64,000 bases of DNA from Polyangiaceae bacterium (GTDB lineage: Bacteria > Myxococcota_A > Polyangia > Polyangiales > Polyangiaceae), in NCBI GenBank assembly GCA_033763455.1, contig JANRKO010000006.1, forward strand, positions 224,001 to 288,000, read 5' to 3'. Under the pieces are notes generated by a model. It saw nothing but the letters and a program-made list of their open reading frames with translations, searched no databases and was not told the origin of the DNA. Positions 1 through 11,076 of the stretch are shown here, piece by piece. Position numbers and translations under genes: made by a program. The first letter of the stretch is position 1. Each line of letters starts with the position of its first letter.

Positions 1-117
1 CTCAAGCACGGCGCGGGTATCCTTGCGGTAGTCGTCCGGACCACGCGCAATGAAGGTACAGCCCAGGGCACCCGTGGCCAGGGCGAAAAATGCTAAATGA
101 ATTGCTGCTTTCGTCAT
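1..117 (-). CDS. Putative lipoprotein, 5' part only (runs off the window start); absent from ORF track
   Basis: Manual translation MTKAAIHLAFFALATGALGC-TFIARGPDDYRKDTRAVLE: signal peptide with LGC lipobox, GGAG RBS upstream, starts 34 nt after the OmpA-family gene on the same strand. Confidence 0.65.
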   Translation of the reverse strand, partial: MTKAAIHLAFFALATGALGCTFIARGPDDYRKDTRAVLE

Positions 118-151
118 CACAAACACTCCAATAAGAGGTGAGAATCTACGG

Positions 152-841
152 CTATTTCATCATCTTGGGGTTGGGCTTGGGTGCGTCTGCCTTCGGGGCT
201 TCAGCCTTTTCGGTCGATTTGCTGACCTCTACGACTTTCTCTTTCCCATCGGGCCCCACTTCGACTTTCTTGGTGGTCACTTCCTGCTCCAAGACGATGA
301 ACTCGACGCGGCGGTTCTTTTCCTTACCTTCGTCGGTGTCGTTCGACGCGATGGGCTTTTCGGCGCCGTAGCCCTTGGCCGTCAAACGGGAGGCCTCGAT
401 TCCCTTGCCCGTGAGATACGCAAGCACCGCTTTGGCTCGCGCATCGGAGAGCTTCTTATTGTACCCGGCATCCCCTTCAGCGCTCGCGTGCCCTTCGATC
501 GAAAGCTTCTTAATCTGAGGGTTCTTTTTGATCACGTCCGCGATCTCATCCAGCAGGCTGAAGGAAACTTTCTGGATGGTCGAAGCGTTGTGATCGAATT
601 GGATTTTTTCTTTGATCTCAATCTTGTCCGCACGGAGCTCAACGCGAGGCGGCGGGGCGGGCGGCGCTTCCACTTTGGGTGGCGGAGGGGCCGGCGGGGC
701 TGGAGGTGTGCCGGCAATCGCAATTGCCGACTGATCTTGAAAAACAATGGAACCACCGCATGCCGACGTGCCGAGCGCCGCAACCAATGCGATGCTGCCA
801 AGTACGGGAACGCGGCCTAATTTGAAGCTATTTGCCTGCAT
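152..841 (-). CDS. OmpA-family peptidoglycan-binding (lipo)protein with Pro-rich linker
   Basis: OmpA_C motifs IEGHAS..G..YNKKLSDARA and NRRVEF; hydrophobic N-terminus ending in TSAC; ATG at 841 preceded by GGAGA (the ORF-track start at 952 is probably too long). Confidence 0.9.
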   Translation of the reverse strand: MQANSFKLGRVPVLGSIALVAALGTSACGGSIVFQDQSAIAIAGTPPAPPAPPPPKVEAPPAPPPRVELRADKIEIKEKIQFDHNASTIQKVSFSLLDEIADVIKKNPQIKKLSIEGHASAEGDAGYNKKLSDARAKAVLAYLTGKGIEASRLTAKGYGAEKPIASNDTDEGKEKNRRVEFIVLEQEVTTKKVEVGPDGKEKVVEVSKSTEKAEAPKADAPKPNPKMMK

Positions 842-873
842 GGATTTCTCCCTAAACCAATGAAAAGAACTTC

Positions 874-948
874 CCTCAAGGACCGCCATAGTAGTCCTCC
901 TCAAGGGCTTGGGGTCAACCCCGGGAATCGCCCGGAAACGCCTCAAGG
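874..948. repeat. Three direct copies of CCTCAAGG (874-881, 899-906, 941-948) upstream of the OmpA-family gene
   Basis: Read directly from the 158-bp intergenic region; the unit is quasi-palindromic (CCTnnAGG). Confidence 0.6.
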
Positions 949-999
949 TCACTAATCGGCCTTGCGGCCAATCACGGCTCTCTCGTCCACGCCTTGGCG

Positions 1000-2868
1000 T
1001 TAGCCACCGTCGATGAAGCTCTTGAGTTGTTTTGAGCGGCTGGGGTGGCGCAGCTTTCGGAGGGCCTTGGCCTCAATTTGACGAATCCGCTCACGGGTGA
1101 CCTCGAAGTCTTGCCCCACCTCTTCGAGTGTGTGGTCGCTTTTTTCACCGATCCCGAAACGCATCCGCAACACTTTCTCCTCGCGCGGCGTCAGACTGTT
1201 GAGCACCCGACGGGTTTGGTCGCTGAGGTTGGCATTCATCACCGCCTCGGATGGGTTGACGGCATTCTTGTCTTCTATGAAGTCCCCTAAATGGCTGTCT
1301 TCTTCTTCTCCGATAGGGGTTTCTAGGCTAATGGGTTCTTTGGCGATCTTCAGAACCTTGCGCACCTTATCCAGCGGCAATTCCATCTTGTCCGCTATTT
1401 CCTCGGGCGTCGGTTCACGTCCGTACTCCTGCACCAAGGCGCGTGAGGTTCGCACGAGCTTGTTGATCGTTTCGATCATGTGCACGGGGATGCGGATGGT
1501 ACGAGCTTGGTCGGCGATGGCGCGGGTGATCGCCTGCCGAATCCACCAGGTGGCATACGTGCTGAATTTGTAGCCGCGGCGATACTCGAACTTGTCCACG
1601 GCTTTCATGAGGCCAATGTTTCCCTCTTGGATCAGGTCCAAGAACTGGAGGCCACGGTTGGTGTATTTCTTGGCTATCGAAACGACCAATCGCAGGTTCG
1701 CCTCGATCAGTTCGGCCTTCGCTCGCTCGGCGCGCCGTTCGCCCGCGCGGATGGTGTTGTACACAATGAGCAGCTCAGGCACGTCCACCTGGAGCTCTTC
1801 TTCGACGACTTTTACGCTCTTTTGGGCGCGCTTGAGCGCCTCGCTCACGTCGCTGAGGTCACCCGTCTGAAGTCCGAGCTTCTCGGCAAGAGCGCGTTCC
1901 GCTTCCGGATCGTCCTTGGCCTCTCGCAGCATCTTTTTGATTTCAGTCTGGCTGGCACCTGAATGCTGTTGAAGCTCAAAGGCTTTGCCCTCCGCGCGGT
2001 GCACCTTGTCTATGATGACCTTCAGCTTGCCGACAATCTTGTCGATGGTCTTCTTGTTGAGCCTCAGCTCCTGCATCGTCGTCACGAGCTCAGCCTTGTT
2101 GTCGTTCAGATCTTTGTCGATCTCGCGACGGCGCGCTTCAGTCGTCGTCTTTCTCTCAACATTTAGCTCTAGCGCACGCTTTTCGAAGCGCCGCACTTTG
2201 TCGATCAGTTTGAAGATGCGCTTTTCGGCTTCTTCCTCATTGAATTCGCGCTCCTCGTCGTCGCCATCTTTGACGATGTCTTTGGCGCGAAGTTTCTTGT
2301 TCTTGAGGCGTTCCCCGATCTCGATAATCTCGCGAACTGCAATCGGGCTCGATAATATCGAGGCCAGGATCACATTTTCGCCCTCCTCAATACGCTTGGC
2401 GATGGTTACTTCGCCTTCACGCGTGAGTAGCGCAACGCTACCCATTTTGCGCAGGTACATGCGCACGGGGTCGTTGCTCCTGTAGACTTCTTCTTCCGAG
2501 AGCTTGCCGGCTCTGGAGGCGAGGCTGAGAGGTTTGCTAGTGGACTTCACCTTCACCTTCGCGGCGCGTTCAGCCGCGACCTTTTGGGGCGGAGCCTTGG
2601 GCGGGTTCGTCGAATCGAGCACTTCGATGTCCTCGTCGCCAAGCGCCGAGAGCAAATCGTCCATTTGGTCAGGGCTCAAGTCCTCCGCGGGCAAAGCGCT
2701 AGCTACGTCGTCGTAGGTGAGGAAGCCTTTTACCTTGCCAAGGCTGATCAGATCGCGCCGGGCTCGCTCTTGCTTTTGCTCGTCGACCTGCCTCTTGTTT
2801 GAAGCAGGCGGGCTAGTTGGAGAAGCCGCGGCTTTGGGTTGCCGATTGCCGTTTGAGTTGGCTGCCAT
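1000..2868 (-). CDS. rpoD: RNA polymerase primary sigma factor RpoD (sigma70)
   Basis: Region 1.1 (GFLTYDDV), 1.2 [11 protein letters not shown], region 2 [56 protein letters not shown], region 4 [20 protein letters not shown]; directly downstream of dnaG; start taken at MAANS. Confidence 0.97.
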   Translation of the reverse strand: MAANSNGNRQPKAAASPTSPPASNKRQVDEQKQERARRDLISLGKVKGFLTYDDVASALPAEDLSPDQMDDLLSALGDEDIEVLDSTNPPKAPPQKVAAERAAKVKVKSTSKPLSLASRAGKLSEEEVYRSNDPVRMYLRKMGSVALLTREGEVTIAKRIEEGENVILASILSSPIAVREIIEIGERLKNKKLRAKDIVKDGDDEEREFNEEEAEKRIFKLIDKVRRFEKRALELNVERKTTTEARRREIDKDLNDNKAELVTTMQELRLNKKTIDKIVGKLKVIIDKVHRAEGKAFELQQHSGASQTEIKKMLREAKDDPEAERALAEKLGLQTGDLSDVSEALKRAQKSVKVVEEELQVDVPELLIVYNTIRAGERRAERAKAELIEANLRLVVSIAKKYTNRGLQFLDLIQEGNIGLMKAVDKFEYRRGYKFSTYATWWIRQAITRAIADQARTIRIPVHMIETINKLVRTSRALVQEYGREPTPEEIADKMELPLDKVRKVLKIAKEPISLETPIGEEEDSHLGDFIEDKNAVNPSEAVMNANLSDQTRRVLNSLTPREEKVLRMRFGIGEKSDHTLEEVGQDFEVTRERIRQIEAKALRKLRHPSRSKQLKSFIDGG

Positions 2869-2896
2869 GCGCTCGGGCGGTTTTTTGGATCCCACG

Positions 2897-4810
2897 CTAC
2901 CTCTCAATCAAGCCGTGACGTGCCTTAGCGCGTCGCATTTGTTCGCCCAAAAGCAGAAGCTCTTGTTCAAAGTCCCCTGACTTTGCCGCTCTCTCGATTT
3001 CCTCGACAGTTTCATTTGTCTGCCGGGCCATCTCCAGACGCTTAAGCTTGTCCATGTTGCCAACGAGTTCCGTGCGGGCGTCCTCCAGGCGGGAATGTCG
3101 GGGGGCCGTCAGCCGGGCGAGGGCGAATGGATGGATCGAGCTTGGCAGCTTCGCAAGCACTAGTTCTACCGAAGTTCGCTCGAAATTGGTGTCAGTTTGA
3201 CGCAGTGCGGCAACCGCGACGGCCAAATCTCCAGCGAGAAGGGAAACCCCAGCTTCGAGCTCGTCGCTCACCAGAAGCTCTGGGTAGTCGAGCAGCGCGC
3301 CCAAAATCTCTAGTTCCACCTGCGCTCTTTGGTCCCGGCTTCTCGCGGTGGATGGAGGCGCGACCACCTTGGATGCGGGAGCCATTTCCTTTCGGCCGCC
3401 GGGCTGACTCAGACCCTGACGGACGGCGGCGGCAAGAGCTCTGAAGGTTCGTACATCGTGCACGCCCAAACGTGCCGCGATTCGGTCGGCATGTTGTTCA
3501 GCCATGCTCCGTATGGTGGGGTCCTTTTCGGATCGCAAGATCTCCACCACCTGGCGGATCTTCTCGGCGCGGGCTCGTGCGTCGTTCTGCGCAAAGCCTC
3601 CGTCGAGGGCAGTATCGATGAGGTATTCAATCATACCTCGAGCCGAAGCGATGAGTCGGGCAAGGGCCTCTGCGCCGCGCTCGCGGCTGAAATCATCTGG
3701 ATCGGTGCCGCTCGGAAGCTCCGCCACTCGAGCTTCGAGCTCGACTTCACTACAGGTTTCCCGCGCTGCTTGGGCGGCGCGTTTTCCTGCACTATCGCCA
3801 TCGAAGAGCAGCGTTACGCGCGAACAAAATCGGCGGATCTGGCGGGCCTGTTCCACGGTGAATGCGGTACCAAGCGGAGCTACGGCGTTGTCGATGCCAC
3901 GCGCGTGCAAGCTCATGACGTCGAAGTTCCCCTCTACCAGGACGCAATTCTCAGTGCGGCGAATGCCCTGGCGTGCCTGATACAGGCCGAACACCACGTC
4001 ACGTTTGCGGTAGATTAGAGATTCGGGTGAATTGATGTATTTGGCGGGGGCTTCTCCCGGCTTCTGGGGAGGAAGGGGAGGTAGCCCCAGGCGCGCGATC
4101 TCCTCGGGGCTCGGATCGGGAAGGGCCCGACCACTAAAGCCGACAACTGCGCCGTTTAAGTCCACAACCGCAAACATCAGGCGGTGGCGAAACCGGTCAT
4201 AATATCCCGGCCCTGCTTTACGTTCCTGCACCAGGCCCACGCTCTCGGCGCTGTGCAAGTTGTACTCGAATTTTCGCAGGTGCTGGCTTAAACCCTCCCA
4301 GCCGTAGGGGGCGTAGCCGATGCGAAAAGACTCGAGGGCGTTGCGGGTGGCTTCAGGCCCATTGAGGTCAAGCTTGCGACGAATGAGCTCTTCTCGTGCG
4401 TAGCTAGCGAGCGGGTGTGAGAGCAGTTCCTTTTCGAAGTACTTGGCGGCCGCGGCGTTTACGTCGAGTAGCTCCTGCCGTTTGCGCTTCCGTTCGCGTT
4501 CCTCGGGGGATTCGCGCTCGCTCTCAATGATCTGGATCCCGGCGCGCTCCGCGAGATAACGAATCGCTTCAACAAAGCTGAGGCCCATCGCCTGCTGACA
4601 GAATTTAAAAACGTCGCCTGACTCAGCGCAGCCGAAGCAATGGTAGAAGCCTCGCTCTTCAGAGACGTGAAAGCTTGGGCTCTTCTCCTTATGAAAAGGG
4701 CACAGCCCAACGTGGCTTCTTCCCCGACGCTCGAGCTTGACCGATTCACCGATGAGCTTGGCGATGGAGGTCTGCGCCCGAACGCGGTCAATGGTCTCTT
4801 GGCCGATCAC
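2897..4810 (-). CDS. dnaG: DNA primase
   Basis: Zn ribbon CPFH.EKSPSF...[33 protein letters not shown] and FDGD.AG. Confidence 0.97.
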   Translation of the reverse strand: MIGQETIDRVRAQTSIAKLIGESVKLERRGRSHVGLCPFHKEKSPSFHVSEERGFYHCFGCAESGDVFKFCQQAMGLSFVEAIRYLAERAGIQIIESERESPEERERKRKRQELLDVNAAAAKYFEKELLSHPLASYAREELIRRKLDLNGPEATRNALESFRIGYAPYGWEGLSQHLRKFEYNLHSAESVGLVQERKAGPGYYDRFRHRLMFAVVDLNGAVVGFSGRALPDPSPEEIARLGLPPLPPQKPGEAPAKYINSPESLIYRKRDVVFGLYQARQGIRRTENCVLVEGNFDVMSLHARGIDNAVAPLGTAFTVEQARQIRRFCSRVTLLFDGDSAGKRAAQAARETCSEVELEARVAELPSGTDPDDFSRERGAEALARLIASARGMIEYLIDTALDGGFAQNDARARAEKIRQVVEILRSEKDPTIRSMAEQHADRIAARLGVHDVRTFRALAAAVRQGLSQPGGRKEMAPASKVVAPPSTARSRDQRAQVELEILGALLDYPELLVSDELEAGVSLLAGDLAVAVAALRQTDTNFERTSVELVLAKLPSSIHPFALARLTAPRHSRLEDARTELVGNMDKLKRLEMARQTNETVEEIERAAKSGDFEQELLLLGEQMRRAKARHGLIER

Positions 4811-5077
4811 CCGAGTCCGACTGATACCCCGCCTCCGCCGCTCGTGCCAGCCGGTGGTGAAGCCCCGAAAGTGCCCTAGTGGGGTTGAGCCCCACGTGTC
4901 TGTGTGGGTTCAGAGAAAAGCGCCGTATTTTCGACTCTGAGCGTGGGGCACCCATCCCCCAGGGACTTACTGGAAGTTTCTCTCAGTAAGCGTTGGCAGG
5001 TCAGGGCTCGCATGGTAAAGGCCGCCGCGAACTTCGCTTTGGCAAGTAGTTTTCACTGACACCGCAGACACGACTGA

Positions 5078-6535
<1,458 letters not shown>

Positions 6536-6555
6536 AGCCGGACTCAAGGACCAGC

Positions 6556-7062
6556 ATGGCCGACAGCATCAACCTTCAGATCGTCACTCCCGATGGGGTT
6601 AAGTTGAGCGCGCACGTCAGTGAGCTCACCGCGCCGAGTGTGGACGGTGAGTTTGGCGTGTTGCCTGGCCATCGTCCTTTGTTGGCAGCGCTTCGCACCG
6701 GGATTGTCAGCTATCGTGAAGCTGGCGGTGAGCAGCGGGTCGCGGTGGGCGGTGGATTTGTTCAAATCGCTGGGGATGTGGCCCGCCTCCTGACGGACAA
6801 CTTCGTCACGAAAGACGAAGTGGACGTGGTGCGCTCCCGCCTCGAACTAAAAGAAGCAGACGAAGCTTTGGATCACTTCACTGGCGACCCAAAGGACCCG
6901 AGCTACACGGCGTTGGTACAGAAGGAGCTTTGGGCCGCCACCAAGCTTGAGCTCTACGGGGATCCCCCGCCTCCCACGATTCGCGCCGCCGAGCACGAGT
7001 TAGTGGCCAGCACTGAGAACTACCGCCACCTTGCGGACCCGGGCGAAGCGCCCGACGCCTAA
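6556..7062 (+). CDS. atpC: F1Fo ATP synthase epsilon subunit with C-terminal extension
   Basis: LQIVTPDG, GEFGVLPGH.P and GGF motifs; follows atpD. Confidence 0.92.
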   Translation: MADSINLQIVTPDGVKLSAHVSELTAPSVDGEFGVLPGHRPLLAALRTGIVSYREAGGEQRVAVGGGFVQIAGDVARLLTDNFVTKDEVDVVRSRLELKEADEALDHFTGDPKDPSYTALVQKELWAATKLELYGDPPPPTIRAAEHELVASTENYRHLADPGEAPDA

Positions 7063-7074
7063 GCCCGAGGAAAG

Positions 7075-7944
7075 TTGCCGGACGAGACTTCGCCAGCCAA
7101 ACGAACTCGTTCGGGCAGCCCCCGAGCGCTCCTGGAGGGCCACGGCCTCCACGCCAAACGGCAGTTTGGCCAGAACTTTCTGAGCGATCCGGAGCTCTGC
7201 GCTCGCATCGCACTTTCCGCAACCGGGCCTCTCCGCGCGGCTACGGTGCTTGAGATCGGCGCGGGCCTCGGGGCCCTTACTGGCCCACTCTTGGAACGCT
7301 CGGAGCGAGTCCTAGCACTTGAAAAAGATCGAGAGCTCATCCCACTGTTAGGTGAAATTTTCGCGAGCGAAGTGGCCGAAGGCAGGTTGAACATCGAGGA
7401 GGCGGACATTCGCGATGTGGATCTCTCGCAGAAATTCGCCGACACGGCTCGACCGCGCATCGTGGCGGGCAACTTACCCTATCTCATCACGGGGCCCATC
7501 TTGCGTGCGCTGTGCGCGCTCGGCCGTGAGATAGATCGAGCCTGCGTGATGGTACAGCTGGAGGTGGCCGAGAGGCTGACCGCCAAGCCGGGGAGTGAAG
7601 CGTATGGGGCGTTGACTGTGTTTGTGCAGGCCCAGTTCATTGCCCAGAAGGCTTTCGTTATCCGAAAAGGTGCATTTTTCCCAAGCCCGAAGGTGGATTC
7701 GGCGGTGGTCGTGCTCCAGCCACACCCAACACCCGTCGCTGAAGAAACTCCGCAGTTTCAGCGAGTTGTGCAGGCCGCGTTCCAACAACGCCGCAAGAAA
7801 TTGCGTACCGCCTGGGGCCAGTTGGTACACTCCCCGGAGATCCTGGCTCAGGCCGCGAGCCGGGCGGAAATTGACCTGAATTTGCGCGGCGAAGTGCTTT
7901 CAGTGCAACAGTTTGCCCGCATGGCGGAAGAACTTACAAAATGA
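7075..7944 (+). CDS. rsmA: 16S rRNA m6,2A dimethyltransferase RsmA/KsgA
   Basis: GQNFL, LEIGAGLGALT, GNLPY, MVQLEVAERL, F.PSPKVDSAVV, F.QRRK. Confidence 0.95.
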   Translation: MPDETSPAKRTRSGSPRALLEGHGLHAKRQFGQNFLSDPELCARIALSATGPLRAATVLEIGAGLGALTGPLLERSERVLALEKDRELIPLLGEIFASEVAEGRLNIEEADIRDVDLSQKFADTARPRIVAGNLPYLITGPILRALCALGREIDRACVMVQLEVAERLTAKPGSEAYGALTVFVQAQFIAQKAFVIRKGAFFPSPKVDSAVVVLQPHPTPVAEETPQFQRVVQAAFQQRRKKLRTAWGQLVHSPEILAQAASRAEIDLNLRGEVLSVQQFARMAEELTK

Positions 7945-8387
7945 ACCGAACGTATGGCTTGCTGGTTACTGGCATGCTCCTCGGGTGTTCCACGGCCTCC
8001 AGCGTTCCGGAAGCCGAGTTGGGCGTCTTCTACGGCGGGCAGATCCAAGAGCTCCGTAGGGTTCCGCTTTCAGATCAGCCAGGTAAAGATCGCTATGGGT
8101 TTCAGGTTCACCTCGGAGCACCTGTCGCCGCGACCACACCCGTAACCTGGGAGATCGCTCGGCCCGCGCGCTACGAGGCGGGCAAGTGGGTGCCCGCACA
8201 AACGGAAGTCGGGCACGAGGACCTTTCTGCCGGTGAAAGTCAATTCTCCAAAGTGTTTTCGTTTCAGCCAGGAGCAGCGCTTGGAACCTGGAACTTCCGA
8301 GTTCTCGTGGGGCGTCGTTTGGTGCTGGATCGTGCGCTTGAAATTTACGATCCGTTAGCCCGACCGAAGGTCTCACGGAAGGGTTGA
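7941..8387 (+). CDS. Hypothetical lipoprotein
   Basis: Signal peptide ending LLGC; ATGA overlap with rsmA stop; beta-rich sequence. Confidence 0.7.
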   Translation: MNRTYGLLVTGMLLGCSTASSVPEAELGVFYGGQIQELRRVPLSDQPGKDRYGFQVHLGAPVAATTPVTWEIARPARYEAGKWVPAQTEVGHEDLSAGESQFSKVFSFQPGAALGTWNFRVLVGRRLVLDRALEIYDPLARPKVSRKG

Positions 8388-9953
8388 AGCAACGTCTCCC
8401 GCCCCCACGTTTTGTCGCACGAAGAAACGTTCGACCCGAATCCCTAGGCGCCGCAACTCACGTTCCCCGCGTTCCTGAGCAAGCTGCGCACGAAGCTTCA
8501 CCGCATCGTTAGCTACGTCGCTCATTACGCTTGCACTTTCGGTCACGCTTTCGGCGGTACGCATGGAAACCCACCGGATCGCCGTCCGCGCGCTTTTGTG
8601 CTTTGCGAGCGCCTGGGCCATGTTTGGGCGAGTCAAAGGATCCGGGGGTTCGGACCAAACGTAGATGAGGCTAGCGCGTGGGCCTTCGGTGCGCGCGCGT
8701 CGGAGCGCTTCAAGCAGTTGAATGTCCGTCAGCGTGCGTTCAGGTTCAAGTCGGGCGGGTGAGCCAATCCCAAAGAGACTCAAATACCGCCGCAGGCTCT
8801 TGTCTCGGGGAGTGCGAGAGAATGGATCTGCCCGCTTGAAGGGGGCGCGCGCTCTTAGTCGATCGGCACGGCGAGCGATGCGTTCGACATCTCGGGAGCG
8901 CAGCTGGTGGGTGCCAACAGGATCTAGCGGGCGCATGTGTTCGAGGGCACGTGCCGCGGCGTCCCCCTCGTCCCAATCACTGCGGTCTGCATCGATGGTT
9001 GCCGTTTGAAGCGCAAGAGCGGTCTGGATCCTGTTGAGCTGAGCCGGGCCGCGTTGAGGCGAAATCCAAGCAAGGTTGCGTGCGGCGAGAATGCCGAGCC
9101 CCACTTGATCTCCCCGGCGCGTGAAGTAATGCGCCACTCGTGCCACCTCGTCGATGGCCCGATCAAGCGGGGCTTGCCCTGGCGTACCAGCCCAAAGCTC
9201 CACCGATGCATCCAGAAGCAGCCAAACAACGTCGCGCTCCTCACGCTCAAAATCCCGAACCATGAGCTTTCCGCGTCGGGCAGTAGCCTTCCAAGCGATG
9301 CGCTTAAAAGGGTCCCCAGGGCGGAGCTCGCGGAGCTCTCGAAGATCAGTGCCATCACCGGAAAGCGGCCCAGCCAAACCATCGCGAGCAACGCGGCGAC
9401 TTCTACCTCCGCGAGCGGAACGCTGCGTGGAGCCAAATGATTGAGGCATTACTTCGATCCCGAAGGGGTTGGCAAAGGTGAGCGGTACTTCAAAAAGGCC
9501 AGGGCTGCCCTGCACTTCGAGCGATAGCCCGTGAATGCCATGGCGACCGACACGGGGCGTTTGCACCCGGACAGTCACATTCAAGCGACCAAGCGCCGGC
9601 ACCTCACCCGAGGGCGGATCGAGCGTGACGATCAGATTGGGGGAAGCCACAGCTCGCAGCTCAACGTAGCGTGCTGCCCGGGTATCGCGATTGCGGATCT
9701 CAGCTTCCAGTTCGACCACGTCACCGCGCGCAGCCGTCACTTCGCGTTCATCCCCCCGCCACAACATCTCAAAACCGGCCGCCCGGATGCGGGCGATGCC
9801 AACTCGTGTCACAGCGCGTGCAATAGCGAGGCCGGCCAACAGCGAGCCCCCGAAAGCCACCACAGGCCCAAGCTGCAGGAGCAGGCCCACCAAAATCGTC
9901 CCGATCGCGGCCACGGCAAGATCCACGCTGGCCCGGGTCGGATGAACTTGCAC
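8373..9953 (-). CDS. DUF58 family membrane protein (MoxR partner)
   Basis: N-terminal TM segments; RELRELRPGDPFKRIAWKATARRGKLMVRDFERE followed by LLLDAS, typical of DUF58. Confidence 0.85.
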   Translation of the reverse strand: MQVHPTRASVDLAVAAIGTILVGLLLQLGPVVAFGGSLLAGLAIARAVTRVGIARIRAAGFEMLWRGDEREVTAARGDVVELEAEIRNRDTRAARYVELRAVASPNLIVTLDPPSGEVPALGRLNVTVRVQTPRVGRHGIHGLSLEVQGSPGLFEVPLTFANPFGIEVMPQSFGSTQRSARGGRSRRVARDGLAGPLSGDGTDLRELRELRPGDPFKRIAWKATARRGKLMVRDFEREERDVVWLLLDASVELWAGTPGQAPLDRAIDEVARVAHYFTRRGDQVGLGILAARNLAWISPQRGPAQLNRIQTALALQTATIDADRSDWDEGDAAARALEHMRPLDPVGTHQLRSRDVERIARRADRLRARAPFKRADPFSRTPRDKSLRRYLSLFGIGSPARLEPERTLTDIQLLEALRRARTEGPRASLIYVWSEPPDPLTRPNMAQALAKHKSARTAIRWVSMRTAESVTESASVMSDVANDAVKLRAQLAQERGERELRRLGIRVERFFVRQNVGAGDVASTLP

Positions 9954-10032
9954 GGCCCGATATTACACGCCAACAAGGGAAGATGCTCAAGCCTTTCTCA
10001 AGGCCTTTGGGTCACGCTTTCTGTAAAGTGGG

Positions 10033-11076
10033 GTGGCAACAATGCTTTGGTTGGTGGGTGCACTCCTCGTCTTCTGCCTAGCGGCAACGGCCCACGTCCT
10101 TTTCTGGGGAACCCACTACCGGTTGGCTCTGCCGTACGCGTTGGTCGAAGAAATTCCAACGCCGGATGGCTCCGCTATCGAGCTCAGGCGTGTCACGCCT
10201 TCTGAGGTGCTGCAGGGCGCACAGGTGCCCGTACTTCTGGTGCACGGAATTGCTGCTAACCATCGCAACTTGGATCTGGATGAAGAGCATTCCTTAGCCC
10301 GCTATCTTGCGGCGCGCGGGCTCGACGTTTGGTTGGTGACGCTGCGTTGTGGCCTCCCCAGAACACCTCGCTCTCTTGTACGGCTGGATGCCCTTCGTGA
10401 CATAGATGTTCCCTTAGCGATTGCGGAGGTCCTTCGGCGCACTCGTGCGGAGAGCCTCGATGTGGTGGGTTTTTCTTTGGGCGGGTTGCTGGCATCTTCC
10501 GCGCTTCTGCGCCGGGTTCCCGAGGGTGCGGTGCGGCGTCTGGTGAGCCTCTCGGCTCCCACCCTAGTGGCCGAAAATACTTCGTTTTGGTTATTTGCGC
10601 GACTCCTGGCGAGTGTTGCAGGCACCCTCCCGCTGAGAACACTAGGCCTCCTTGCTTTGCCTTGGGTACACTGGGTGTGGACCCCGGTTCATCGGCTATT
10701 ATATAACGCCAACAATATGGACAGCCGAGCCGTGAACCTAGCATTGGCGAATGTGGTGCAGAATGTTGCAACACGGCTAATTCGTGACCTTATCGAAGCG
10801 CGCCAAGCGGGAGTGTCCGAGGAAGACTGGTCGCGCATTCGTGCCCTGAATGTACCTGTTCTGTTCATTACTGGCTCGCGCGATCCCTTCACGGATAGCG
10901 TAGGCACCGCGGCGCTTTGCCGGGCTTGGGGGGCTGACACGGGCTGCGTGAAGAGCTCGTTATGCGTGGGGCACGGCTCCTTTGGCGGATCGGATTTCGG
11001 GCACGTCGATCTAGCGTTGGGTGGGAACGCAGCGCGCCAGGTATTTGAGGCCATTTTTCAGTTCTTGCGCTCATGA
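10033..11076 (+). CDS. Alpha/beta-fold hydrolase (lipase/PhaC-like) with N-terminal hydrophobic segment
   Basis: VLLVHG, nucleophile elbow GFSLGG, GSRD, FGHVDL. Confidence 0.8.
   Translation: MATMLWLVGALLVFCLAATAHVLFWGTHYRLALPYALVEEIPTPDGSAIELRRVTPSEVLQGAQVPVLLVHGIAANHRNLDLDEEHSLARYLAARGLDVWLVTLRCGLPRTPRSLVRLDALRDIDVPLAIAEVLRRTRAESLDVVGFSLGGLLASSALLRRVPEGAVRRLVSLSAPTLVAENTSFWLFARLLASVAGTLPLRTLGLLALPWVHWVWTPVHRLLYNANNMDSRAVNLALANVVQNVATRLIRDLIEARQAGVSEEDWSRIRALNVPVLFITGSRDPFTDSVGTAALCRAWGADTGCVKSSLCVGHGSFGGSDFGHVDLALGGNAARQVFEAIFQFLRS

Noticed and set aside
645..712. GC-rich repeat-like tract in the OmpA gene (also the Gly run in ssb near 41580)
   Set aside because: Simply encodes Pro-rich or Gly-rich protein linkers; not a DNA repeat element
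3329..4018. Long alternative-frame or antisense ORFs (e.g. 3329..4018, 9531..10205, 17450..18175, 22434..23072, 45796..46527, 55907..56596)
   Set aside because: They overlap well-supported genes, have no recognisable motifs and are expected shadow ORFs in GC-rich DNA
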